Virus record (IMG/VR): IMGVR_UViG_3300031525_000004
Source of the DNA: a virus
DNA: 64,000 nucleotides
Strand: one strand, 5' to 3'
Both the position numbers and the translations under genes were made by a program. Numbering within the stretch: the stretch's first letter is position 1; each line of letters opens with the position of its first letter. This document shows positions 43,830-51,971 of the stretch, one piece after another. Below the pieces are notes generated by a model, which ran no database searches, had not been told where the DNA came from, and saw only the letters and a program-made list of their open reading frames with translations.

Positions 43830-44092
43830 ACAGTTTCAGACAGTGGCTTCGCGGCCTGATTTCGGTAGCAATATCCTCGGCCGCTAGCGGCGTTGCCCTG
43901 GTTGTCGCCGATCCGCAGTCCTTTAATCTCCAGCATGGACTACCGAAGTTGGCTGAGGTGTGCGCGGTCTTGGCGATGGTCCACGTTGCGCTATACCTGC
44001 AAAAGTCCCCAATCTGGGGAGACCCGTCCGTCCAAGTCAACGCGCCGTCCGCCGATACCGTGAACGTCACGACCACCAATCCTCCAAAATAG
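43826..44092 (+). CDS. Two-TM small membrane protein (holin-like)
   Basis: LISVAISSAASGVALVVA and AEVCAVLAMVHVALYL are hydrophobic segments. ATGA overlap. Confidence 0.55.
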   Translation: MNSFRQWLRGLISVAISSAASGVALVVADPQSFNLQHGLPKLAEVCAVLAMVHVALYLQKSPIWGDPSVQVNAPSADTVNVTTTNPPK

Positions 44093-44101
44093 GGGTGATC
44101 C

Positions 44102-44275
44102 ATGCCCTACGTCTCGCAGAAGCAAAGAGCGTTCTTCCACACGAAAACCGGCCGGCGAAAGCTCGGCGCCAAGAGGATCAAACAATGGGACAGGGAAAGC
44201 AAAGGACAGAAGCATTTGCCGCTCCGGGCGAAGCATCGCAAGAAGGCCAGCCGGATTTCGTACCGCAGCCGGTAG
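44102..44275 (+). CDS. Small basic protein (57 aa; below ORF-track cutoff)
   Basis: Own translation: MPYVSQKQRAFFHTKTGRRKLGAKRIKQWDRESKGQKHLPLRAKHRKKASRISYRSR. Overlaps the start of the next ORF. Confidence 0.4.
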   Translation: MPYVSQKQRAFFHTKTGRRKLGAKRIKQWDRESKGQKHLPLRAKHRKKASRISYRSR

Positions 44276-44661
44276 AGGAATTCGTTGCCAACGTCGACAC
44301 TATGACCGTGGCCGGCGTCACCCTCGGCGCGTTGATCGAGAAGGCGCAGAGTGAGATCGAGGAGTTGACCTCGCAGGTTGGAGTGCTCGCCGCGGATAAT
44401 GCAGCCAAGGCGAAGACGATCGCCGATTTGAACACCGATCTAGCCGTGGCGCGGCTTGTGGCGAAGGATGCCAAAACCGTGGCTAGTGCTATGCCCGCGG
44501 GGATTCAGCGGACGCCTGATGGTGGGCTGAGGCTGATGATTCGGCTGGACGTAGATGAGGCTACGCCGCTTCTGAGCTGGGCGGATTCGGCTGGAGAAGA
44601 TCCGGCAGAGTATATTGCGAAGACGCTCAAGGACGCGCTGGTGGCGGTTACTTGCAGTTAG
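44185..44661 (+). CDS. Hypothetical coiled-coil protein
   Basis: Internal ATG of track ORF 43960..44661. Start uncertain. Confidence 0.5.
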   Translation: MGQGKQRTEAFAAPGEASQEGQPDFVPQPVEEFVANVDTMTVAGVTLGALIEKAQSEIEELTSQVGVLAADNAAKAKTIADLNTDLAVARLVAKDAKTVASAMPAGIQRTPDGGLRLMIRLDVDEATPLLSWADSAGEDPAEYIAKTLKDALVAVTCS

Positions 44662-44669
44662 GGGGATGA

Positions 44670-45008
44670 ATGCCGACTAACTCGTGGCAGATCGGGGCCC
44701 TATATCCACCCGGAGGCCTACATGGGATAAAATGGTCCCAGCCTGGAGGCGTGGGTACACAGGTGTTCCCGCAGCAGCAGACAGGTGTGGATTATTTCTC
44801 TGTGCGACCGTTCAGCGAACTCAGCGGAGTCTGGTCTAGCCCATGCGGGCACTTCAGCAATACCCCATGGATACAGCAAGAGTATGATTACACCACCGAA
44901 AACTCGGTGGCCTTGATTTGCTGTCCGCTCTGCGGAATCGTCGTCTACACTATCGAGCCGTTTGATCTTGCCCTCAACCCGGTAGCCAACCCACAGTTGC
45001 CCCTTTGA
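44670..45008 (+). CDS. Hypothetical protein
   Basis: 112-aa ORF. RBS GGGGGA upstream. Last gene of the rightward block, convergent with 44945..45646. Confidence 0.5.
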   Translation: MPTNSWQIGALYPPGGLHGIKWSQPGGVGTQVFPQQQTGVDYFSVRPFSELSGVWSSPCGHFSNTPWIQQEYDYTTENSVALICCPLCGIVVYTIEPFDLALNPVANPQLPL

Positions 45009-45646
45009 TTGGTTCTGCGATAGGGAAGCTCGCTAGCAGGTACGGATCCGACCCATCTCTCGCCATAGCATATACGCTTAACATAACGCTCAGACGTTCC
45101 AAAGAGAGTAGCGATATTCTTGTACATCGCGCCACTCTTGCGCAATGCAATCATCCGCACAACATCGTCTTGGTCGAATTGCGTAGAGTCGCCTCGGTGC
45201 ACATTCTCGGCCGGCGTCACTATTTCTAAATGGTCTGGGTTGACGCACGGATGCACGCGGCACAGATGGTCTAAATGCATATTCGAGGGGACTGTGATTT
45301 TCCGAAAATGCTCGAAGTACACATGGGTTGCTCGCCGATGTTTATCTGGAGTGGAGAGGCGACCGTACCCACCTTTATCTACGCATTTAAGCCACACCCA
45401 GCATTGGGTCAGATAGCCGCAGTCGCGCCGTTCAAAATCTGGAGATGGATTCTGGGATTGATGCCCGTGGATGAACCGTATCGGCTTCCCTTTTGTCCAA
45501 TTGCGGCTGGCTAGAGTCTTGACAGCAAGCGGCGCGTTTTCGCCACATCCGCACTGGCATAAACCAGGGCTAAAAATTGGAATTCGTATACAGTCGGAGT
45601 AAGCTACAAGGAGCGGCGATCCGCCAGGGGCAAACTGGTCAGCCAT
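44945..45646 (-). CDS. HNH endonuclease with C-terminal HTH-like region
   Basis: Start moved to the ATG after GGAGG. CWVWLKCVDKGGYGRL...ATHVYFEH...HLDHLCRVHPCVNPDHLEIVTPAENV is the HNH_3-type pattern. Confidence 0.8.
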   Translation of the reverse strand: MADQFAPGGSPLLVAYSDCIRIPIFSPGLCQCGCGENAPLAVKTLASRNWTKGKPIRFIHGHQSQNPSPDFERRDCGYLTQCWVWLKCVDKGGYGRLSTPDKHRRATHVYFEHFRKITVPSNMHLDHLCRVHPCVNPDHLEIVTPAENVHRGDSTQFDQDDVVRMIALRKSGAMYKNIATLFGTSERYVKRICYGERWVGSVPASELPYRRTNQRGNCGLATGLRARSNGSIV

Positions 45647-45745
45647 AGACACCTCCAAGTGTCTGACGGCAGGGTCGCCGTCTACTGGCATTATACGCCG
45701 ATCTAGCCTATCTATGACTGCTTCAATATTGGGTGCAATAGATGC

Positions 45746-46558
45746 TCACGGCTTCACCTCCGGTTCCTGAGTGGGGGATGTTTGCTGTGCCCTACACTTA
45801 TCTCTGAACTCATTTTCCATGCGTAACCTACCCTTAGATGCGCATGAACACTCGGGACCGTGAAATATCATGTATTCTGGGCAGTCGCACGGGGAACCGG
45901 GAATAACCACCATGTCCAATTTTCGCGATAGTTGGATGATACGTTCTATATCTTCCTCTGTCGCAGGCGCTTTCAGCCGCTCATTCTGAGCGCGGAGCGC
46001 GTCTATCCACCCACCAGGTCCGTTGGCCTTGAGCCAACCAGAGTTTGTTTCGCGGAGCGCGGCAATTTCAGCAAGTTGCTTATCTACGTCCGCTGGCAGT
46101 CCGGCGATGTGGATAGCATCCGTACGACTCATGGCTATGGTGCCCCGCAGGATGTTGGAGTGGACCGCAGCGGGGTCCGACAATGCAGACTTCAGCGCGG
46201 CGAGTTCGTTGCGCCGTTCAATCAGTTCGCGGGCTATGTTAGAAACCGCGCCACCGCATAGAATCCCGGTGGATTCGATCTCTTGGTTAGAGAGGTAATC
46301 TCGGCCCGGTCTGTAATCTTCAGGCAGTGGTACGTTATCGGATAATTTTTCTTTCGCTTCGGCGAGTTGGTTGAGGGCTTGCTGGAGTTGGCGTTCGCGG
46401 CAGGAAGTGATTGCGTACCCATCGCGCGCAGCCATCTGGATAGGAGTCAGGAAATGAACCTTCGTAACTTCCAAGAGTAAAGCAATTAGTCGGTCTGCCT
46501 GTTGAAATTCTTCTTCCGTTACATCCAGCGGCGGCAGCGGTACGTTGTTATCGGGCAT
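45746..46558 (-). CDS. Hypothetical coiled-coil protein
   Basis: 270-aa ORF. RBS GGAGGATGAAAGGA upstream. Confidence 0.6.
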   Translation of the reverse strand: MPDNNVPLPPLDVTEEEFQQADRLIALLLEVTKVHFLTPIQMAARDGYAITSCRERQLQQALNQLAEAKEKLSDNVPLPEDYRPGRDYLSNQEIESTGILCGGAVSNIARELIERRNELAALKSALSDPAAVHSNILRGTIAMSRTDAIHIAGLPADVDKQLAEIAALRETNSGWLKANGPGGWIDALRAQNERLKAPATEEDIERIIQLSRKLDMVVIPGSPCDCPEYMIFHGPECSCASKGRLRMENEFRDKCRAQQTSPTQEPEVKP

Positions 46559-46796
46559 TGGGTTGTCCTTTCATCCTCCTGATTACGCCACGAAGGTCGG
46601 CAGGTTGGCGCTGAGATTTGCGATACTTTTCTGCGTAAGAGTCACGGTCGCGTTTGTAGTAGTCAGCATCCGTCTTCCAGCGTTCGCGGCGCTTGATAGC
46701 CTCATCTCGCTGGCGTATTATCTTGGCCACGGCAGCAATTTCCCCAGCCAACTCCAATGCACGCGCTACCCGGTTGAGTGATTCTTCTAGACTCAT
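46548..46796 (-). CDS. Hypothetical protein
   Basis: Start set at the internal Met (MSLEESL) that forms an ATGA overlap with the upstream gene. Confidence 0.5.
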   Translation of the reverse strand: MSLEESLNRVARALELAGEIAAVAKIIRQRDEAIKRRERWKTDADYYKRDRDSYAEKYRKSQRQPADLRGVIRRMKGQPNAR

Positions 46797-47047
46797 GGCT
46801 CGACCACCTGCCAATCGCGGTGTGAGAACGTCCACATGCTTTCCCATCCAAGTTCGCCATCGTCGTTAACTTTTCTCGCCAGCACCGCCGTATACCCAAT
46901 GGCAGTGATGACAATCTGAGTTGGGCCATAGCCCTCATCGCCGATCAGTGTGGTTCCAACCGTCCACCCCTTAAGTCGCGCCACGTCGGCGGCGTGCCCG
47001 TGGTTTTCTGGTGGTACGGGCGGTACCTTGTGTCTCTTGGTGCTCAT
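46793..47047 (-). CDS. Hypothetical protein
   Basis: Start at MSTKRHK forms an ATGA overlap with 47044..47625. Confidence 0.55.
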   Translation of the reverse strand: MSTKRHKVPPVPPENHGHAADVARLKGWTVGTTLIGDEGYGPTQIVITAIGYTAVLARKVNDDGELGWESMWTFSHRDWQVVEP

Positions 47048-47625
47048 GGCTTCTCCTGTGCTGGTGGGTTGTCGCGACGAAAATGAGTGTAGCCGCGCGC
47101 TATTACATGCGGTGTAGGGTCCGAATTGTACCAGACAGACGAGCCAAATTTTGAATCCCCAGGTGCATGTAGATACCATGCACCGACCCTGCTACCGCGC
47201 TCCCACTTCGTCTCCGGCGTGAGCTTCTGCCAACCCAGCGCAATAACCTGCTCCTTGAGCGCAAGTTCTCGTTCGGTGCTCAGTTCTCCGATCTTTTGGT
47301 AGTGCTCTATCTGCTCCTTGAGCGCCGTCATCGTTTCACGCTGCGCTTGGAGTTGCCTATTCAATTCTTCCGGCCAATAGGTTTCCAGCTTCGTTATTTT
47401 CTCGCACAACTCTGCCGATGATTGATTGAATGGCTCATCGTCGCCATCGAACTTCACTCCAATCTCAGCTAGTTCCTTTTTCCACGCTTGGAGTTCCGCT
47501 GCGTGGTGGGATTGGAGAACTTCAACTGCCTCCCACCTGACCCACGGCCCATGCTTATCAGGGTACATGCTGCGTGGTGGTTCTTTGGGGTCGTGCGGGT
47601 TATCGGGGTTGTAGCGGTCAATCAT
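47044..47625 (-). CDS. Hypothetical coiled-coil protein
   Basis: 193-aa ORF. Confidence 0.6.
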   Translation of the reverse strand: MIDRYNPDNPHDPKEPPRSMYPDKHGPWVRWEAVEVLQSHHAAELQAWKKELAEIGVKFDGDDEPFNQSSAELCEKITKLETYWPEELNRQLQAQRETMTALKEQIEHYQKIGELSTERELALKEQVIALGWQKLTPETKWERGSRVGAWYLHAPGDSKFGSSVWYNSDPTPHVIARGYTHFRRDNPPAQEKP

Positions 47626-47752
47626 GGGTGCATGCTTTCTGGGTGGCTATATTTTCAATAGCGGTGGCGATGCGCTCCAGAGTTTGGTTCATATAGAACA
47701 TGCCCAAATAGACACAAACGCCAACTACCAATGCTGTTACTACTGCAACCAT
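47618..47752 (-). CDS. Single-TM peptide (44 aa; below ORF-track cutoff)
   Basis: Own translation: MVAVVTALVVGVCVYLGMFYMNQTLERIATAIENIATQKACTHD. GGAGGAATGGAAAAG lies upstream. Overlaps the next start. Confidence 0.5.
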   Translation of the reverse strand: MVAVVTALVVGVCVYLGMFYMNQTLERIATAIENIATQKACTHD

Positions 47753-47775
47753 TTCCACTTTTCCATTCCTCCTGT

Positions 47776-47874
47776 TCATCGGACGTTACGCTTGCCCAGC
47801 CAAAGCGCCAGAGTCACGCGGGCGAATGCCGCGAAGCAGATGCCGGCGGGAATGAGAACGATCGGCCAGGTCAT
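47776..47874 (-). CDS. Single-TM peptide (32 aa; below ORF-track cutoff)
   Basis: Own translation: MTWPIVLIPAGICFAAFARVTLALWLGKRNVR. ATGA overlap with the upstream gene. Confidence 0.4.
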   Translation of the reverse strand: MTWPIVLIPAGICFAAFARVTLALWLGKRNVR

Positions 47875-48617
47875 TCGGTCGACTCCGGCAGCGCCTTAGT
47901 CTCTGCGTGGACTTCTAGCATCTTATCCTTCGGCGTCCGATCGCAGTAGACCTCAAAGCCATCCGCCCAAGCCGCAGCAGGTTCACCGACAGCGTGAAGC
48001 CGCCCGAGCTCGTCAGTGCGGATGTAGAGTGGTGGCCTGCAAAACCAAACTAGTTTGGCGAAGGGCATCAAGATAATGGACTGTCTCCGGAGCGCAGAGA
48101 GCCGCGGCACGGTGAATCCAGGGTAGAACGCCGGCCACATCGATTGCTCACGGAAAGTGGCTGGCGCCCATGTACCCGACGGATCTTCGTTTTTGAAGCT
48201 GAGGTTGCTGCGGAGATCGTTCAGTGCCGGGTGCGATTCGCCGCCCTTGCCGAAAACATCTTCGATCATCTTAATAATGAGCCCGCCGCTCTGCGTGCTC
48301 ACGTCCGGGTCGATCATCATAGCTAAGAGCGATACCTTTGCCTCGCGCTCGATGCGGTCCGGACCCTGCGGTACGAGCGCCTGCACCATATTGTAGGAGC
48401 CGCCAGCCTGGACCGAACGCAGCATGCGGCTGGCACGGTACATTGTGGCCGGAGAAGCCGCCCAGGCCATACGCGGAGCCGGCAGACTCAGGGATGCGTA
48501 GAGAATCTTGACAGCCTCGCGCGCCGCCCATTGGTCCTCCGTGGCGTTATCCCACGGGAAACTGATGATCGGTCGCTTGATTTTGGCTATCTCTTCGAGG
48601 ATTTCTAAATCATTCAA
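47871..48617 (-). CDS. Hypothetical protein (C-terminal pattern reminiscent of DUF6745-type proteins)
   Basis: 248 aa. DELGRLHAVGEPAAAWADGFEVY resembles the LH..GPA..W.DG motif of that family (from memory, low certainty). Confidence 0.6.
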   Translation of the reverse strand: MNDLEILEEIAKIKRPIISFPWDNATEDQWAAREAVKILYASLSLPAPRMAWAASPATMYRASRMLRSVQAGGSYNMVQALVPQGPDRIEREAKVSLLAMMIDPDVSTQSGGLIIKMIEDVFGKGGESHPALNDLRSNLSFKNEDPSGTWAPATFREQSMWPAFYPGFTVPRLSALRRQSIILMPFAKLVWFCRPPLYIRTDELGRLHAVGEPAAAWADGFEVYCDRTPKDKMLEVHAETKALPESTE

Positions 48618-48635
48618 TGGTGTATCCTTTCTTCG

Positions 48636-49025
48636 ATGCTCAACGCCCTCGCCCTCAGCCTACTCGCCGATCAGTCCAAGGTGCAGGACGATGAATTGCG
48701 TGTGTTTATGCACCTGGTCGCGGACCACGACCTGACGCAGTTCTCGGTGATTACCTTTCGCCAGATGCGGAAGTCAACCCGCGCGCTTCCACATGAATCA
48801 GTTCAATACCTGAAGCGGCTAGTCGAGATAGGTCTTCTGGAGTCAGGCCCCATCGTACCGGTCCCGATGGATTCGTTCGATCGAGGGCGAGCTGGTCTAT
48901 ATCGCGTTCCGCCGCGGCTGGTGATGTCAGGCAAGGCTGTTCGCGCCCTGGAGCGGGAACTGGCAAGGATCGAACGGCGGACAAGAACGCGGCCGGTGCG
49001 TCCGAAAGGCACACCAGCCGGGTAG
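48636..49025 (+). CDS. Winged-helix (MarR-like) DNA-binding protein on the opposite strand; repressor candidate
   Basis: GC3-rich codons checked by eye. VQYLKRLVEIGLLESGP is a wHTH-like recognition segment. TATCCT (48623-48628) lies 7 nt before the ATG, so the transcript may be leaderless. Confidence 0.6.
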   Translation: MLNALALSLLADQSKVQDDELRVFMHLVADHDLTQFSVITFRQMRKSTRALPHESVQYLKRLVEIGLLESGPIVPVPMDSFDRGRAGLYRVPPRLVMSGKAVRALERELARIERRTRTRPVRPKGTPAG

Positions 49026-49122
49026 AGGTGCAGCAGGGGCAGGCGCGCTCGGCGTTGGTGAGTGCTTCGCAGTTCTGGCAGAAGCGGGCTTGGCCGTAGG
49101 GGAAGTGAGCAGGGTAGGTCAT
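48751..49122 (-). CDS. Zn-ribbon protein whose 3' two-thirds runs antisense through the wHTH gene
   Basis: ATGA-coupled to the upstream gene. The first ~37 codons are GC3-rich (FCQNCEALTNAERACPCC). Downstream codons lose the GC3 bias, but there is no stop until 48751. Confidence 0.4.
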   Translation of the reverse strand: MTYPAHFPYGQARFCQNCEALTNAERACPCCTSTRLVCLSDAPAAFLSAVRSLPVPAPGREQPCLTSPAAAERDIDQLALDRTNPSGPVRWGLTPEDLSRLAASGIELIHVEARGLTSASGER

Positions 49123-49349
49123 CGGCTGGCCTCGATTCCGTCGAATCCGCTAAATCGCTCGTTGACGCCCAGATGCCGCCAATGAGTCGGCGTGTAGTAG
49201 ACATACATGCTCATGTCGGGGAAAAACCAAAGAGATCCGCGCCGCCTCAGTTTTTGCTCGTTGCGGCAACCCTTCTCGTCGTCTATTTTGGTCATAACCT
49301 CGGTTGCTTCGTTGGGCAATCGCTCGCTGGTGAGAATCCATGCGGTCAT
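49119..49349 (-). CDS. Small phage protein (DUF551-like pattern)
   Basis: MTAWILTSERLPNE...WFFPD...YTPTHWRHL resembles DUF551-type proteins (from memory). Confidence 0.55.
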   Translation of the reverse strand: MTAWILTSERLPNEATEVMTKIDDEKGCRNEQKLRRRGSLWFFPDMSMYVYYTPTHWRHLGVNERFSGFDGIEASR

Positions 49350-49618
49350 CGCGCTACCTTTCGTACTAATCTCGGCATGCCAGGGCAGCGTTCAATCTTG
49401 CCTTGAATCTCAAGATAGCGAGATGCACGCCGGATCGCGTCACGCTGCCATTCCTCTTCAATATCGCTTTCCACTGACCACCAGCGGCCAAGCGTACCAT
49501 CGTCATTACCGTTGGCAATTTCAACCGTAGTGCAGAATGACTCAAGATCGCTCATCGCCGTCGAATCAGCAATCTCAATAGCTAGTTGCTGAAGTTCGTG
49601 CTTATCTGCGTTCATCAT
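49346..49618 (-). CDS. Hypothetical acidic protein
   Basis: 90 aa. ATGA overlap downstream. Confidence 0.55.
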   Translation of the reverse strand: MMNADKHELQQLAIEIADSTAMSDLESFCTTVEIANGNDDGTLGRWWSVESDIEEEWQRDAIRRASRYLEIQGKIERCPGMPRLVRKVAR

Positions 49619-49728
49619 AGGCTGGCCTTCATTCTCCGCTGAGCCCTACGGCTGGTAGCCTGGGCGCGGCGGCGGTTGCTGCGTTTCATGTCGGGTCTGC
49701 GCATCGGGAACTTTGGTTGCGTCTTCAT
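49615..49728 (-). CDS. Basic peptide (37 aa; below ORF-track cutoff)
   Basis: Own translation: MKTQPKFPMRRPDMKRSNRRRAQATSRRAQRRMKASL. GGAAAGGAAAGCC RBS motif upstream. Confidence 0.4.
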   Translation of the reverse strand: MKTQPKFPMRRPDMKRSNRRRAQATSRRAQRRMKASL

Positions 49729-49746
49729 GGCTTTCCTTTCCTTCGG

Positions 49747-50190
49747 TTAGACTGCGGTTTGCGTCACACCCGCGCGCTGCATGAACTCGCGGGCCTTCTC
49801 TTCCCAATCCCAATCCATGTGGTAGAGCGCCTTTGCTTCTTCGCCTTCGAACGGCGAGCGCGACAGGTGGCAGCCGAGCGCGCTGGTGACAGGAACCCAG
49901 CGGGGATGCGTGAGGTAATCGAACTTGATCCGCATCCAGAGTTTGCCCTCAATCGCGTTGGGGGCATTGCAGACGATCTCTCCGGGCGCGTTGTCGTATG
50001 ACCAATAGGCGTACCAGACGCGAGCGCCGCGCGGGAATTCGGTAAGGCTGAAGACGCGCTGGCCGGGGCGCATAGGCGCGCTTGCCCCCATCCGCTCAAG
50101 CAATCGGCGCGCCGTCTCGCCTTCGGCTGGGGTGCCTGGGCGTTCCGCCAGCCTCCGGAGAGATTCGATCGTGCGGCGTCTATTGCGCAT
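49747..50190 (-). CDS. Hypothetical protein
   Basis: 147 aa. GAAAGGAAAGCG directly upstream of the ATG. Confidence 0.6.
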   Translation of the reverse strand: MRNRRRTIESLRRLAERPGTPAEGETARRLLERMGASAPMRPGQRVFSLTEFPRGARVWYAYWSYDNAPGEIVCNAPNAIEGKLWMRIKFDYLTHPRWVPVTSALGCHLSRSPFEGEEAKALYHMDWDWEEKAREFMQRAGVTQTAV

Positions 50191-50262
50191 CGCTTTCCTT
50201 TCAAAATGGGTGCCGCGACCTGAAGCGCCGCGGCGTGCTGGACGGGTACCAAACCGCCAGGG

Positions 50263-50583
50263 CTATCGGGCCGCCGGATGGTCACCGGGGGCGGCAACTT
50301 GGAGCGGCTTCGATTCCGTGAGAAGTGGTGGGATAAATTCGTAGCCGACAAGGGTGATACCGTTCACGTCTAGGATCGTGAATCCATGATCGCCGCCGAC
50401 GAGTTGGTTAGCCTTGGGCCAATCCATGAAAAAAGTCTTGCCGTCGCGTTCGAGTTGCAAGCCGAGGCTCGTATTTTGCTTCACCGTGACGACGGAACCT
50501 ATGAATTCGGGCTTGAATTGGCGCGCAGTGTTGAGCAACTTCGTGCCCGGCTGCAATTTCCGCTTTAGGTCGCTGATTTTCAT
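50263..50583 (-). CDS. Hypothetical protein
   Basis: Start moved to MKISDLKRKL after GGAGAGGAG. Confidence 0.55.
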   Translation of the reverse strand: MKISDLKRKLQPGTKLLNTARQFKPEFIGSVVTVKQNTSLGLQLERDGKTFFMDWPKANQLVGGDHGFTILDVNGITLVGYEFIPPLLTESKPLQVAAPGDHPAAR

Positions 50584-50630
50584 GTACAAACAATCTCCTC
50601 TCCTGGTTGGAGTTGGCACAATGGTACGCT

Positions 50631-50642
50631 TTCTGCAAGCGT
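50631..50642. promoter_or_regulatory. Operator-like motif TTCTGCAAGCGT in an intergenic gap of the leftward block
   Basis: Exact 12-mer, about 50 nt upstream (minus-strand sense) of the 50583 start. Confidence 0.4.
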
Positions 50643-50674
50643 GATGCAAGGGAAAATTGGTCCACGCGTAGACT

Positions 50675-50794
50675 TCACTGGCAAAAAGCGGATGATGCGA
50701 CGGTGGCGATGGCGATCAGAGCGCCCAATTCTAGCGCCAGGACGAAGCCGCGGCGGTCGGCGCGCGCGGCTTGTGCGGGTGTTGGGTGCATCAT
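50675..50794 (-). CDS. Hydrophobic peptide (39 aa; below ORF-track cutoff)
   Basis: Own translation: MMHPTPAQAARADRRGFVLALELGALIAIATVASSAFCQ. ATGA overlap with 50791..51036. Confidence 0.4.
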   Translation of the reverse strand: MMHPTPAQAARADRRGFVLALELGALIAIATVASSAFCQ

Positions 50795-51036
50795 CGGCGG
50801 GCCTTCTTTCCGCTGGCCAGCTTCTCTCGGCGGGCCTCGTTGGCTGCCAGTCGCGCCGCAAGGTGATAGATCGCGCTGTAGGGCAGGGTGAACGATGTGC
50901 GGGTGCCCTGGAGCCGTACCATTGCGGCGTAGGGCGTCGCTTCGATGACGACGGCGCGAAGCTTACCCCGGTCGCGGATGTGGTCCGAGGTGGCAAATAC
51001 GAGCTTCGACTTGCGCTCTGAGAGGCTGGTTGGCAT
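50791..51036 (-). CDS. Hypothetical protein
   Basis: 81 aa. GGAAAGGAAAG RBS motif upstream. Confidence 0.55.
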   Translation of the reverse strand: MPTSLSERKSKLVFATSDHIRDRGKLRAVVIEATPYAAMVRLQGTRTSFTLPYSAIYHLAARLAANEARREKLASGKKARR

Positions 51037-51060
51037 GGCGGGACTTTCCTTTCCTTCGGG

Positions 51061-51417
51061 TTAGCGGATGAATTGGGAGACGACGGCCCAGGCGATCCAG
51101 CCGGCGCCAATGATGGCGAGCACGGAAAGCGCAAGGAACGAGAGGAGCGCGGCGGGGTGCGAAATAGCGATCTGATCCTGCTCGATCGCGGCGGCGCCGA
51201 TCATGTCGCTGACGGTTATGCCGTCGAGATACTTGGGCATGGTGTCCGGCTCGTCGAATCCAAGAATGACGGCGGCGGCGTCCGGCGCAGTGTTGCGGCG
51301 GGCGATGACCTCGCCACAGAGGACGGCTTCCCACTTGCCGTCTGAGGCGCAGCGGATACCGTAAGAATCGGGGCTGGGCGGTTTGTCGTTGAGATTGGGA
51401 ATCAATGCGAGGACCAC
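51061..51417 (-). CDS. Hypothetical protein with C-terminal TM anchor
   Basis: GTG start after AAAGAAAGCAGG. The upstream part of track ORF 51061..51636 looks non-coding. The C-terminus is LLSFLALSVLAIIGAGWIAWAVV. Confidence 0.45.
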   Translation of the reverse strand: MVLALIPNLNDKPPSPDSYGIRCASDGKWEAVLCGEVIARRNTAPDAAAVILGFDEPDTMPKYLDGITVSDMIGAAAIEQDQIAISHPAALLSFLALSVLAIIGAGWIAWAVVSQFIR

Positions 51418-51517
51418 GGTAACCTGCTTTCTTTGGTGTGAGTTAGGTTGTGGGAGAGGACGCAAGCGAACATTACGCCCAGGACGGCAACGGTTGCAAG
51501 AGGAATTTTTCGGCCGG

Positions 51518-51685
51518 CTAGATCGTGATGCCGGCGCGGCGCATGGCTTCCGCGAATTTGCGGTCGCGGCGGGCCTGTAGCGTTCGGAGGATGGAGCGTA
51601 CCAGGGAGACGACGGCGACAATGGCGCAAATGCCATTGCCTAGGATGGCGAAGCCGAGAACGGTGCGGATGGTTTGCTCGGTCAT
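51518..51685 (-). CDS. Single-TM peptide (55 aa)
   Basis: ATGA overlap with the upstream gene. MTEQTIRTVLGFAILGNGICAIVAVVSLV... Confidence 0.5.
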   Translation of the reverse strand: MTEQTIRTVLGFAILGNGICAIVAVVSLVRSILRTLQARRDRKFAEAMRRAGITI

Positions 51686-51900
51686 AGCGCGTACATCCTT
51701 TCGTCGAAAATGGCGGCTTCCAGATGGCGAGATTCGCGCTTGCCGCAATCCTCGCGGTTGCAGAAGACGGTTTTGCTGTTGGGGTAGTAGAAAATCTGGT
51801 CTCCGGCCTGCATCGGCTGGTGGCATCCGTCGCAACGGCTCGGGAAGCGGGCGGTGATCCATCGTGGATCTTGCGGGAAGGGTAAACGCTGTCTTCGCAT
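51682..51900 (-). CDS. Zn-binding small protein
   Basis: CDGCHQPM...FCNREDCG. GAAAGGAAAGC RBS upstream. Confidence 0.6.
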   Translation of the reverse strand: MRRQRLPFPQDPRWITARFPSRCDGCHQPMQAGDQIFYYPNSKTVFCNREDCGKRESRHLEAAIFDERMYAL

Positions 51901-51971
51901 GTGCTTTCCTTTCTAGTGCTTCTCGTGTGTTCCCCGCGCCTCAGAGTTGCCCATGGGGCGCAGGGAAGACA

